Assembly (NCBI GenBank): GCA_027001995.1
Contig: JALTLO010000023.1
Span: 19,156 to 83,155 of the forward strand
Direction: 5' to 3'
Source: Planctomycetota bacterium
GTDB lineage: Bacteria; Planctomycetota; GCA-002687715; DRQF01
Length of the DNA: 64,000 nucleotides
The notes below the pieces were generated by a model. That model was given only the letters and a program-made list of their open reading frames with translations. It was not told where the DNA came from and ran no database searches. Shown piece after piece: positions 1-9,635 of this stretch (the stretch's first letter is position 1; each line of letters begins with the position of its first letter). The position numbers were made by a program, and so were the translations under genes.

Positions 1-453
1 GGCACAGCAATTCTCGGATGGCTCGAGACTGAAATTACCGTCGGGATACCGAAGTTTTCCAGCGGCGAGCTCTTGCTCTACGATCAGCTCTTCCAGGAGA
101 TTAACCTCCCCCGGGCTTTCAGGCTGGCCATGATTGGCGAAGTGTTCTACGGGATCAAAGCTCTTGAATCGATCAGCGACTTTTCGACGTTAGGAAGCGT
201 ATCTTATTCTCTTTTCACCTTCGAGATAGATCGTTCGAAGTACTTCGACCTCATCATTCCTTTTGCATTAGACCCGAGCTCTCAAGCCGCCCGGGCTCGT
301 TTGTCGGAGCCAAGCTCCCTGCCAATATTCATAGCGCCCATGGCCACCTCAATTTCGGCCATTCTACCGGCCGTCCTGGCAGATCATGGAGACGCAATGC
401 GGAGCCTTGCTGCTGTCAGAAAAGCCATAGAGCTCGAGACACTTCAGCGCTAA
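1..453 (+). CDS. Hypothetical protein, 5'-truncated by the window edge
   Basis: Frame of ORF 73..453 stays open back to base 1 (GTAILGWLETEITVG...); no recognisable motif. Confidence 0.45.
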   Translation, partial: GTAILGWLETEITVGIPKFSSGELLLYDQLFQEINLPRAFRLAMIGEVFYGIKALESISDFSTLGSVSYSLFTFEIDRSKYFDLIIPFALDPSSQAARARLSEPSSLPIFIAPMATSISAILPAVLADHGDAMRSLAAVRKAIELETLQR

Positions 454-505
454 CCCGACGAAAGACGGATTCAGCGGAGCCACAAGTTGTCATCAGACGT
501 GTTGA

Positions 506-1252
506 TTAGCGTATAGGCAGGCGGAGGATGTTCCCAACCTTCAGCTTGACTGAGTCCATGTGACCCGAGGCGAGTTTCTTGCCATCAATGACGACGTGAG
601 CGTGAACGTCGGAAGTGTGATGGGTGAGATCTCCCGCTGAGTTTTCGGCGTAAAAGCCAACGATCTTGCCTTGAGCCAAGACCTCTTCAACGCGGGCTGG
701 TTTCGGACCTTCCGGGTTGGCGATCGGGCATCCACCCCGAATCACATGCAAATGAACATCTGCAAATTCACCTTGGATAAGAAAAGGGAACGGCTTTGAA
801 ACGTCAACACCGACAGCTATGGCATGGGCAAGAATAATGGCATCAAGATCGTCATCTGATTCTTCAGTGATCAGAATCTCTTGCCATGCTTCGACATCAC
901 TTGCCACCATGAGTGTGGCGTAGGCCGTCGAGTTCCTGGTGTGCTCACCAACAATCTCATCAACTTGGGGCGCCCGGGCTATCCACGCTTCGCCGTTGAT
1001 CACCGTGATTTCTCCCTTGAGCCCTTCGAGTGCACCAACCGCAACCATGTTGTCGCTGACACAGATTTCGCTGAGGCACACCCGAGCCTCCGTGTGTCCT
1101 TGGCGAAGGACCTGCTTCATCGACCCCCATTGTTGAATCGTGGTTGGCTTAGGAGCCGCCGGCGTAGAGCAACCTGACAAGAGCATGGTGAGCAAGATGG
1201 CTAAGGAGAATGCAATTCTGAAAGTGGCGCGCATGTGTGATTCCCAATTCAT
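506..1252 (-). CDS. Alpha-acetolactate decarboxylase-family lipoprotein
   Basis: Lipobox LLSGC; GALEGLKGEITVINGE resembles the ALDC N-terminal motif; HAH...SGH metal-binding histidines near the C-terminus. Confidence 0.65.
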   Translation of the reverse strand: MNWESHMRATFRIAFSLAILLTMLLSGCSTPAAPKPTTIQQWGSMKQVLRQGHTEARVCLSEICVSDNMVAVGALEGLKGEITVINGEAWIARAPQVDEIVGEHTRNSTAYATLMVASDVEAWQEILITEESDDDLDAIILAHAIAVGVDVSKPFPFLIQGEFADVHLHVIRGGCPIANPEGPKPARVEEVLAQGKIVGFYAENSAGDLTHHTSDVHAHVVIDGKKLASGHMDSVKLKVGNILRLPIR

Positions 1253-1437
1253 ACTGAGTGGATTCGGCTCATGGAAGAGATGCAGGATACTCTAACCACC
1301 CTACCTCCTCAGTTTCCAGATCTGTCTCCATTCCTGTCCCCGCCGGCCACATCCATTGCGACCGTTTCTTCCGCCGTTCTTGCAGATCAAGAGAAATCAA
1401 TGCCAAAAAGCCCTGTCAATTTCGCCATACTTGGTGA

Positions 1438-2211
1438 GTGAAAATATCCTACGGGCAACTGGCTCATCTTGCTATCAAAAGCCCTGGGCCAAGCGGCTCT
1501 ATTGTTTCAAATCGTTTGGATGATCCACCGATGCTCGAAGGGCCAAGGAAGAAAAACCAGGACTCAGATATAGAGTCGGAATTCTACACCGGGCGTGTCA
1601 AGTACACGGACAGCATGGCAGACCATTACCTGAAGAAGTCTGAAGGCCGAAGGGGGCCAGAGAATGCTGTCCTCAAGCGAATCTTGGAGCAATATGGCAT
1701 CGGCGAGACGCTCTTGGATGCCCCCTGCGGCGTCGCGCGCGTGGGAGCCCTCTTAAACGGCAGCGATTTTCGCTACTTTGGCGCTGATTATTCGCGACCC
1801 ATGCTAGAACGAGCTCGAGAACGATTGAAAGCTACAACGCTCCGATACGACTTACTGCATTGCGACCTGGAGCAAGCCCCCTTCGGACCGCGGTCATTTG
1901 ATACCACGCTTTCGCTTCGTTTCCTCCATCACTTGCCTACCAAGACCCGATCATCTGTTCTCCATGGATTGGCCCGTGTCACTGATCGCCTCTTGGTTGT
2001 GACGTTCTTTCACCCTTTTTCTCTGCACTACGTCATGCGGAATTGTCGGTCATTGCTTAACATGGCCAAGGGTGGAGAACCCTCGGGACGTTACTCCCAC
2101 ACGGCCAGATGGCTCGAAGAGCAAGTCAAACCGCAAGGATTTCGGCTGTCTCAGGTTTACCCCACCGGCTTCTTGAAAGAAACACGTTATGCGGTCTTAG
2201 AGCGAATTTGA
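1438..2211 (+). CDS. Class I SAM-dependent methyltransferase (start may be ATG 1531)
   Basis: LLDAPCGVAR motif I, GADYS motif II, RFLHHL. Confidence 0.8.
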   Translation: MKISYGQLAHLAIKSPGPSGSIVSNRLDDPPMLEGPRKKNQDSDIESEFYTGRVKYTDSMADHYLKKSEGRRGPENAVLKRILEQYGIGETLLDAPCGVARVGALLNGSDFRYFGADYSRPMLERARERLKATTLRYDLLHCDLEQAPFGPRSFDTTLSLRFLHHLPTKTRSSVLHGLARVTDRLLVVTFFHPFSLHYVMRNCRSLLNMAKGGEPSGRYSHTARWLEEQVKPQGFRLSQVYPTGFLKETRYAVLERI

Positions 2212-2218
2212 TGGAAGG

Positions 2219-4105
2219 GTGAGAGACATTTTCAAATCGTCTAAAAACAAGAACCTCGCCCAGACACTCAGGCTCTTGAGACGAATCAAGGGGCATAGAA
2301 GTAGGCTCATCGTCACGGTGGCTACCATGGTGATTGCCGCCGCTGCGGAGATCGCTCCCATCGGCTTAGCCAAGGCCGCGATTGACATCCTATTCCCCAC
2401 CAATAACGCTGAAGGTTCTGTGGTTCAAGACTGGTGTAGCCAAGTGGGAGCCTACCTTTCTGGAGCCTTCGGTTATGCCTTGGAAGATGTTCGCCATGAG
2501 GCCTTAATCTTTGTCATCTTCGCCTTGGTCATCCTCGGTATTGTTTCGGCGGTTGCGACTTACGCCAACACTTTCAATGGTCGCTACCTATCTGCCCTCA
2601 TCGTTGTTGACTTACGATGTTCTCTGATGGACAAGATCTTAGAGCTTCCGATTTCGTTCTATACCAAACGCAAGATAGGAGATTTGATTTCACGTTTTTC
2701 CACTGATATTCAAATCACCTACAACGCCATACGCATCTTTATCATGATCTTGGTCTTGCAACCTTTGATTTTTGCCCTGTCCCTGAGCGTTGCCTTCGCC
2801 TTAAACTGGAGACTCACTCTTGTCACCTTAGTTCTGGGGCCGTTTGTTGTTTTCCCATTGGCCATGATTGGCGAAAAGGTTCGCAAACGGAGTCGTCGCA
2901 GCTTGGTCTCATTGGGAGAGACCATGGAAGCCATCAATCAAACACTTTCAGGCCTGCGGGTCATCAAGGCGTTTCGTGCAGAAAAGCTCGAGGCCGCGCG
3001 TTACCGAAAAATTAACCAACGATGGCTCGAACGTCAGTCGGCCTTGATTCGGGCCAAGGCCGCGGGACGGGGTGTCATGGATGTTGTTTATGGCATCACC
3101 TTAGCCTTGGTTATGGGCGTCGGAGGCTGGCTTACTATCAACCAAATGTGGGGCTTGGACGGCTCAACATTCATGGCATTTTTGATTGCTCTAGCAACGG
3201 CCTATCGTCCTCTGCGACGGATATCAGTGGCATACAACGATTGGCAAGAGTCCATGGCTGCCGCTGGGCGCGTATTCGAGATCATCGACCAAGAGATCAC
3301 CACCCCAGACCAACAGGGCGCTCTTGATATCGGCCCCATCAAAGAGTCCCTAGCTTTTGATTCGGTCAGCTTCGAATATGCCGACGACAACTCCACCCCC
3401 ACCGAAGTCCTGCACAAGTTGAGCTTCAACATTCCCGGTGGCACGACGGTCGCATTGGTCGGCCCCTCCGGCGCTGGCAAGTCAACCATCGCCGACCTGC
3501 TGTTTCGCTTTCATGAACCTTCTTCCGGCCAAATTCTCATTGACGGCATTCCCAGCCAGAAAATCAAAAGAGAGTGCCTACTCAACCAAATGGCCGTTGT
3601 CAGTCAACGACCATTCCTATTCAATACCACAATTCGTGAGAACATCGCCTATGGTCATGTAGGTGCCAGTGAGAAAGAGATTGAGGCCGCAGCGAAAGCC
3701 GCCAACATCCACGACTTGATCGAAGATTTGCCTGAAGGGTATGAGACCATTGTTGGAGAGCAAGGCGTATCGCTTTCTGGTGGACAATTGCAAAGAGTGA
3801 CCATCGCCCGTGCTATCCTCAAGGATGCGTCCTTGCTCATTCTGGATGAAGCTACCAGTAGTCTGGATACAGAATCGGAGCGCGCAGTCCAAGAAGCCCT
3901 CAAGAATCTCATGAAGGGCCGGACAGTCCTGGTAATTGCCCACCGTCTTTCGACCGTCGTTGACGCCGACAATATCCTGGTCCTCGATCAAGGACAGTTG
4001 GTGGAATCCGGCAACCATGCGGAACTCCTCGCCAAACAAGGGGTCTACTCCCGACTTTACCGCTCGCAAAGCTCTCACGACAAATCCGATTCCCACTCAC
4101 TTTAG
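2219..4105 (+). CDS. MsbA-like ABC exporter (TMD+NBD), probable lipid flippase
   Basis: N-terminal TM helices, Walker A GPSGAGKS, LSGGQ signature, LILDEATS Walker B, IAHRLS. Confidence 0.9.
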   Translation: MRDIFKSSKNKNLAQTLRLLRRIKGHRSRLIVTVATMVIAAAAEIAPIGLAKAAIDILFPTNNAEGSVVQDWCSQVGAYLSGAFGYALEDVRHEALIFVIFALVILGIVSAVATYANTFNGRYLSALIVVDLRCSLMDKILELPISFYTKRKIGDLISRFSTDIQITYNAIRIFIMILVLQPLIFALSLSVAFALNWRLTLVTLVLGPFVVFPLAMIGEKVRKRSRRSLVSLGETMEAINQTLSGLRVIKAFRAEKLEAARYRKINQRWLERQSALIRAKAAGRGVMDVVYGITLALVMGVGGWLTINQMWGLDGSTFMAFLIALATAYRPLRRISVAYNDWQESMAAAGRVFEIIDQEITTPDQQGALDIGPIKESLAFDSVSFEYADDNSTPTEVLHKLSFNIPGGTTVALVGPSGAGKSTIADLLFRFHEPSSGQILIDGIPSQKIKRECLLNQMAVVSQRPFLFNTTIRENIAYGHVGASEKEIEAAAKAANIHDLIEDLPEGYETIVGEQGVSLSGGQLQRVTIARAILKDASLLILDEATSSLDTESERAVQEALKNLMKGRTVLVIAHRLSTVVDADNILVLDQGQLVESGNHAELLAKQGVYSRLYRSQSSHDKSDSHSL

Positions 4106-4246
4106 CCGAAGTTGCCAACCCGAATTTTCACGGTCTCGCCAGCCAGCGGTGCCAACCTTAACGTCGCGCACGTGAACCCTACGTTCGGCACCTTCTCAGG
4201 GAATCATCCTCACATCCAACAGCCACGGCTCAAAGACTGAGGCGGC

Positions 4247-5965
4247 CTAATCCCCTTCAAGCCCAAGGGCTGGAGAGTTCCGATAGATTCTCACTTTATG
4301 ACGACCAAGAGCCTGATTGCCGATTTTTTGCCACCGGGAGAACCGAGCCTCGCCTATCCGTTCCAAATCCCTTTGCCGCAAAAGAAGCAAACAAGGATCT
4401 CCCTTCAGAAGCTTGCCCAAACTCACTTCATCCTCAGCAACGCATTCCAAATTCTGACCAACTTCGAAATGGAAATAGCCTTCGGTGGATTCACGTTTGG
4501 CGTAACTCGCCACAGCCACAAGGCGAGTGCCATCTCCGAGGTTCGATCGGATCACAGCCAAGAGCCTATCATCGCCAGAACAGGCATCCACAACGGGAAC
4601 ACCGACGACCGACCAGGAAGCAAAGGTAAGAACAATAGCAAGGATCATCGTTCCGAACGCCAACTTAAATCGGCTCCTAAGAACGGCCCCAGCGGAAAGG
4701 ACGGCAAACAAGACAACAACAAGTCCGCAGACTCTTGGTGTCAAACCCCGTTCACCGAGGACCGCGAAGAAACGCGCCCAAGCCGGATTAGAGAACTGAT
4801 GAGCGAGGAAGTTGGGAAAAACGAAGGACAGCCCCATCACGAGCAACAGAGCGATCATGGCGACAATGCCAATGTTGGCCATAGAGGATCGCCGCTCTCC
4901 CCGTCTAAATACATGGCCCAGGAACTCGGACATGCAAATAGAAAATGGAGCAACAAGAGGAATCAAATAACGGCTGCGATAGGTCGTCCCCGTGTAAAGG
5001 ACTAAGACAATCCCGAAACACCATGCCACCACAAATCTGAGATTCTCCTTGTTTCCGGCGAAGGCTTCATTCTTCCGCCGCCACAGAGAGCCCAAAAGCG
5101 CTGGTGCCAAGAAACTCCAAGGAGCCAGAAGAACGAACAGAATAATCGGATAGTAAAAGATAGTGTGCTTTGGTTTATTCGTCGGGTCAAATAGATGCAT
5201 GACACCCGCATCATAGAGCAACGATTTTGCCCATCCATTCCCAGCCTGAATCCATGCAGGTATGAACCACAACGCCGCGACCAAGAGGGCTCCAGGAATC
5301 CCCCAAAGAATCCCAGACCTCTTCATTGAGGACCAACTTCTCTCCATCGCAGCCAGAAGAAGAAAGGTCACCACAACAAAAGCGAGGATCCCCGGGCCTT
5401 TCAGCATGAGGCCAAAAACGAAACTCAATATCAAACAACACATCGCCCTTATTCGGGCAGGCCCCGGCGCTAACCTCAGCAAGCGATGGGAGAAGTAAAG
5501 GGCCCAAGTCACACTGGCGGCGAACAAGGTATCCAAATGACAAAACCGTGACGACCAAAAGTTGATCCAACATGTTGTGGCCAAGAGCGCCGCCATGAGC
5601 GCCTTTTTCTTGTCGAGGAGCTCATGACCCATAACCCAGGTTCCAAGAACAAGGAGTAGGCCACCCAAAGCTGATGGCAGGCGGACAAAAAAGAGCCTGG
5701 AGGAAGAATCATGGGCCATGGAGAGGCTGGCGGCTCCCAGCCAAAAAAAGAGTGCCGGCTTCTGATCATAAGGACGCAAATTATAAGTCGGAACGAGCCA
5801 AGTTTCTTGCTGCTGCATTTCGGCACAGATGGAGGCATAGCGAGGTTCAACTGGGTTCCACAGGGCCCGTTTTCCTAACCCGAAGAAGAGAGCAGGTATC
5901 GCCACCACGACGATCAGAAACAGAGTCCGGAACTTGGCCAATTGTTTTGATCCTCGAATCCACAT
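4247..5965 (-). CDS. ArnT-like GT-C glycosyltransferase
   Basis: EPRYASICAEM, KPALFFW, RLPSAL and LKGP motifs typical of the ArnT/PMT_2 family; many TM helices. Confidence 0.8.
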   Translation of the reverse strand: MWIRGSKQLAKFRTLFLIVVVAIPALFFGLGKRALWNPVEPRYASICAEMQQQETWLVPTYNLRPYDQKPALFFWLGAASLSMAHDSSSRLFFVRLPSALGGLLLVLGTWVMGHELLDKKKALMAALLATTCWINFWSSRFCHLDTLFAASVTWALYFSHRLLRLAPGPARIRAMCCLILSFVFGLMLKGPGILAFVVVTFLLLAAMERSWSSMKRSGILWGIPGALLVAALWFIPAWIQAGNGWAKSLLYDAGVMHLFDPTNKPKHTIFYYPIILFVLLAPWSFLAPALLGSLWRRKNEAFAGNKENLRFVVAWCFGIVLVLYTGTTYRSRYLIPLVAPFSICMSEFLGHVFRRGERRSSMANIGIVAMIALLLVMGLSFVFPNFLAHQFSNPAWARFFAVLGERGLTPRVCGLVVVLFAVLSAGAVLRSRFKLAFGTMILAIVLTFASWSVVGVPVVDACSGDDRLLAVIRSNLGDGTRLVAVASYAKRESTEGYFHFEVGQNLECVAEDEVSLGKLLKGDPCLLLLRQRDLERIGEARFSRWQKIGNQALGRHKVRIYRNSPALGLEGD

Positions 5966-6232
5966 TTATTCATGACCTTGTGGCCCCCAAACTGGCGGGC
6001 TCGTTATAGCGGTTTCTGAACTCTTGGGGAAGGCAGGTGGCTCTCCTGAGCCGGGGTCGATCTAACCAGGGCAACCCACATCCATATGCCTCTCAAACTA
6101 GACATGCTGGAGGGCCGGCCTCCCTGGTCAAGCGGTCTTATTCCCGACCTTGGCTCCTCCAGTGAATCGTTCCCCAGATTTGTGGCTCAGGTCCGAGGCA
6201 TTCTCGGTCGATAATTACCCAAGTGAATTGGA

Positions 6233-7330
6233 ATGAGACGGAGAGTTGGACAGATGGCCACCACCCAAGATATTTCGAACGCAAACATCGCAGCAGCAGG
6301 GGTTTGTGAAGATCAACCGACTGAAAGAATCTTTGACTATGTCTTAGACCACTGTCGGCACGGTGACATCAACGCCTACTTGGAAGACCAAATAGGCCCT
6401 GAATTTGGTGCCTATCGCCATCGCTGGCGACAGGCTCACAATTTGGAGATTGAGACTGACTTTCCCATGCACATCAGCATCGAGAGCCAGCTCAAATGCA
6501 ACTATCGCTGCACTATGTGCACCTATTCCGACCCAGAAGCCATCGCCAAACAACACTATGACGACGTCCTTTCAGAAGAGCTCTATGATCAAATCATTGA
6601 AGAAGCCGGTGAGCATGGCTGCCCATCGATCAATCTCAACGTGCTCAACGAGCCTCTTCTCGACAAAGAAACACCCCGACGGATCAAGAAAGCCAAAGAC
6701 GCCGGCTTCCTCGACATTCGGATGAACACAAACGCCAGTCTCCTCACTGAAACGATGGCAGAAGCTATTATTGATGCAGGCTTGACACGACTCTACGTGG
6801 GCCTCGACGGGGCGACAGCTGAAACCTACGAAAAGGTGCGCATCGGTGGGAATTTCGAGAAAGTCGTCAAGAACGTGGAGCGGTTCTTGGAGATCCGCAA
6901 CGCCAAAGGGCTCACGCTTCCCATCTTACGGGTGTCATTCGTTCGCATGAACATCAACGAGCATGAGATCCCCGCCTTCATGGAATTCTGGCAAGAAAAG
7001 GCGGATATGGTGACGATTCAAGAGTACCAGCCTCCGACTCCAGAAGATGCCTTCATTGGCCAACATGCGGCGTCGAAGCGAGTACCTGACGATTACACCT
7101 GTCCTCAACCATTCGAGCGCGTGACCATCAAGGGGAACGGCAACCTAACCCCCTGCTGCGCTCAATACAGCTACAAATTGACAATTGGTAATGTGAAAGA
7201 GAACGGCATCCACTCCCTTTGGAATTCGCCCAAACTGAAAAACCTAAGGCGCCACATGAAAGAGGGCACTTGGGACCAACTCCCGGTATGCAAAAGCTGC
7301 CTTGAGTCATCTTACTTATTCTCCAAGTAG
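6233..7330 (+). CDS. Radical SAM protein with SPASM/twitch domain
   Basis: CNYRCTMC motif; C-terminal CPQPF...PCC...CKSC cysteines. Confidence 0.9.
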   Translation: MRRRVGQMATTQDISNANIAAAGVCEDQPTERIFDYVLDHCRHGDINAYLEDQIGPEFGAYRHRWRQAHNLEIETDFPMHISIESQLKCNYRCTMCTYSDPEAIAKQHYDDVLSEELYDQIIEEAGEHGCPSINLNVLNEPLLDKETPRRIKKAKDAGFLDIRMNTNASLLTETMAEAIIDAGLTRLYVGLDGATAETYEKVRIGGNFEKVVKNVERFLEIRNAKGLTLPILRVSFVRMNINEHEIPAFMEFWQEKADMVTIQEYQPPTPEDAFIGQHAASKRVPDDYTCPQPFERVTIKGNGNLTPCCAQYSYKLTIGNVKENGIHSLWNSPKLKNLRRHMKEGTWDQLPVCKSCLESSYLFSK

Positions 7331-7348
7331 ACCAGGAGATGCGGCAGA

Positions 7349-7537
7349 ATGAAAACGACAAAGAACAAGAAACGCCCCTTTCTTGGCATCCATTTCGAAT
7401 GCTGCTCCGTCTATGCCCGGATCTACAAAACGGCGAAAGGCGATGCTTACGCTGGTTATTGCCCCAAGTGCCGACGTCCGATTCGACTTCGCGTCGGCGA
7501 AGGAGGAAGCGGACAACGTTTCTTTCGGGCGCGCTGA
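7349..7537 (+). CDS. Small putative zinc-binding protein (62 aa)
   Basis: FECC..Y and CPKC motifs; AGGAG about 10 nt upstream; lies between the radical SAM gene and the flagellar cluster. Confidence 0.65.
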   Translation: MKTTKNKKRPFLGIHFECCSVYARIYKTAKGDAYAGYCPKCRRPIRLRVGEGGSGQRFFRAR

Positions 7538-7849
7538 TCGAGCCCTCTTGCGGGTCATGAGAGACCCACCCCAAGACTTCCACGGTATCAACAAACTGAC
7601 CCCATCTTTGCTCTATGAAGCTCCCCAAAAGAGCTCCACTCCCGAGCCCAACTGACCCCCGAAACCAAGATCGCTCCCCCTTCCTTGGGAGCCTGCAACC
7701 GAGAAAAAAAGCTGCTGTTGTCTTAAGCAACGGGGTGTCGCAATTCACCACAACAGTCTGAAGAAACCGGTGCTGCGGATCGCAACACCACACCCCATAA
7801 AGTACTTGTTTCGAACCAGTTATGGCTATTCGCGAAATTCTTTCCGCTT

Positions 7850-7865
7850 TGGCACGGCCCTTGTA
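7850..7865 (+). promoter_or_regulatory. Sigma54-type -24/-12 promoter for the fliO operon
   Basis: TGGCACG-GCCC-TTGTA vs consensus TGGCACG-N4-TTGCW (one mismatch), about 48 nt before ATG 7913. Confidence 0.6.
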
Positions 7866-7912
7866 ATTGGATGATTGGGCGCAAGGACCCGCTTCGATTA
7901 GGAACCACAAGC

Positions 7913-8545
7913 ATGACAGCGAAAAACTTTCTGACTGACGGGAAAATAAGGGGTGATCGATCCCTTTGGCTCCTGGGTGCGGCGGCCCTGGCGGTCTGTG
8001 CCTTTCTGGCGGCCGGGCTCATTGTCGACAAAGACGAAACCCGGGCCCCAGAGTTAGCAACAGCCCAACCTGTTGACGGTCAGGTTTCGTTGAAAGAAGG
8101 TGCCACCGAAGACGCTGACCCCAAGGTAGCCAAACAAGGGGGATGGCGAAGCAAGCGAACGGCAAAGATGCCAAAGGGCCCGGGTGTTGGCTCCATCTGG
8201 AAAACCATGGGTGGCCTCGTTGTGGTGCTGGTGTTGGTTTTCGCCCTGGCTATCTTTTGTTCAAGGCTTCTCAAAAAGGTCCGCATGCGGCCTCAAGGGG
8301 ACAAGGTCTTAGAACTCATTGATGTCATTCCTTTAGGCCCCAAGAAACAAGTCTTCGTCCTAAGTGCCTATGGCCGCAAACTCATTGTTGGCGCGACCGC
8401 CGATTCCATGAACGTCTTGTCTGAATTTGCTGCGGACGAAATCGAAGCAGGTGAAGCCATCGTCCCAGAGTCCTTCTCAGAGAAGCTCACTAAGAACATG
8501 GCCCGACATACTCGCCCCCTTTCAACCATGGAATTGGAGGCATGA
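7913..8545 (+). CDS. fliO: Flagellar biosynthesis protein FliO (ORF track start 7871)
   Basis: TM helix followed by LELIDVIPLGPKKQVFVLSAYGRKLIVGAT FliO-like domain; directly upstream of fliP. Confidence 0.8.
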   Translation: MTAKNFLTDGKIRGDRSLWLLGAAALAVCAFLAAGLIVDKDETRAPELATAQPVDGQVSLKEGATEDADPKVAKQGGWRSKRTAKMPKGPGVGSIWKTMGGLVVVLVLVFALAIFCSRLLKKVRMRPQGDKVLELIDVIPLGPKKQVFVLSAYGRKLIVGATADSMNVLSEFAADEIEAGEAIVPESFSEKLTKNMARHTRPLSTMELEA

Positions 8546-9339
8546 TGCTTAAACAACACCTGCTCCTGGCTCTCTTTGCTTGTTTCTTCATCGGCGGCTT
8601 TCCCACTTTAGCCGAAGCGCAGATAACCGATGACCCAGCAGAAATCGCAAGCCCAGAAGATGAAGCGGCCAGTGCTGAGAGTTCTTCTCCTCTAGATGAT
8701 TTCGAAATGGGTACATCGATGAAAATCGTTCTTGTGCTCACGGCGTTGGCGGCGTTGCCAAGCATCTTAATGACCGTCACGGCATTCACGCGCATCATCA
8801 TCGTCTTGTCCTTCGTGAGAAAAGCGCTTTCAATTCAAGACATGCCACCCAATCAAATCGTCATCGGCATGGCTTTGTTTCTGTCGATTGCTGTCATGCA
8901 ACCGGTCTTCGAAGAGATCTACACTAAGTCCGTGTCACCCTACATGGACAACGAAATCGAATTGGGGGATGCGGCGACAAAGGCCCACGATGTCATGCAC
9001 GGATTTCTCATTCGCCATGCGAAGGAAGATGAAATTCAACTATTCTTAGATGTCACCAAGGCCGAAGTGCCTGAGACAATCCAGGATGTGCCTATCACTG
9101 TCTTAATTCCAGCCTTCACCCTGAGTGAGCTGAAGGTTGCTTTCAAGATGGGATTTCTTGTCTACATCCCCTTCCTCATTGTAGACATGGTGGTAGCCAG
9201 TCTCCTCTTAGCGATGGGCATGATGATGCTGCCCCCGGTTATCATCTCAACACCCTTCAAAATTCTCCTTTTCATTATGGTCGATGGCTGGTCTTTGGTC
9301 ATCGGATCCCTCATGGAAAGCTTCCAGGTTGTGGCATAG
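8542..9339 (+). CDS. fliP: Flagellar export gate protein FliP
   Basis: TAFTRIIIVL, PPNQIVIG, PAFTLSELK, MGMMMLPP, DGW motifs; N-terminal signal peptide. Confidence 0.96.
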   Translation: MMLKQHLLLALFACFFIGGFPTLAEAQITDDPAEIASPEDEAASAESSSPLDDFEMGTSMKIVLVLTALAALPSILMTVTAFTRIIIVLSFVRKALSIQDMPPNQIVIGMALFLSIAVMQPVFEEIYTKSVSPYMDNEIELGDAATKAHDVMHGFLIRHAKEDEIQLFLDVTKAEVPETIQDVPITVLIPAFTLSELKVAFKMGFLVYIPFLIVDMVVASLLLAMGMMMLPPVIISTPFKILLFIMVDGWSLVIGSLMESFQVVA

Positions 9340-9354
9340 AGAGGTCGCATTGTC

Positions 9355-9624
9355 ATGGATGAAAGTTACGTCGTTCTTATTGCCAGAGAAGCCTTTATCA
9401 CCGCGATCTCCGTCGCTGGGCCTGCCATGTTGGTGGGTATGGGTATCGGTATTCTCATGGCGATTTTTCAGGCCATCACCAGTGTTCAAGAACAAACATT
9501 GACGATGATTCCGAAGATCATCGCTGTAGGGCTCACCATTGTTTTCATGATGCCCTACATTCTCAGAACCTTGGGCACATTCACAACCGACGTCTTTCGG
9601 GCGATGGTTGATGCAGCTCTGTGA
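9355..9624 (+). CDS. fliQ: Flagellar export gate protein FliQ
   Basis: FQAITSVQEQTLTMIPKI motif; 89 aa. Confidence 0.95.
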   Translation: MDESYVVLIAREAFITAISVAGPAMLVGMGIGILMAIFQAITSVQEQTLTMIPKIIAVGLTIVFMMPYILRTLGTFTTDVFRAMVDAAL

Positions 9625-9635
9625 AAGGATGAATC

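Noticed and set aside
4298..5005. 235-aa + strand ORF
   Set aside because: Antisense to the ArnT-like gene; composition mirrors hydrophobic codons on the other strand
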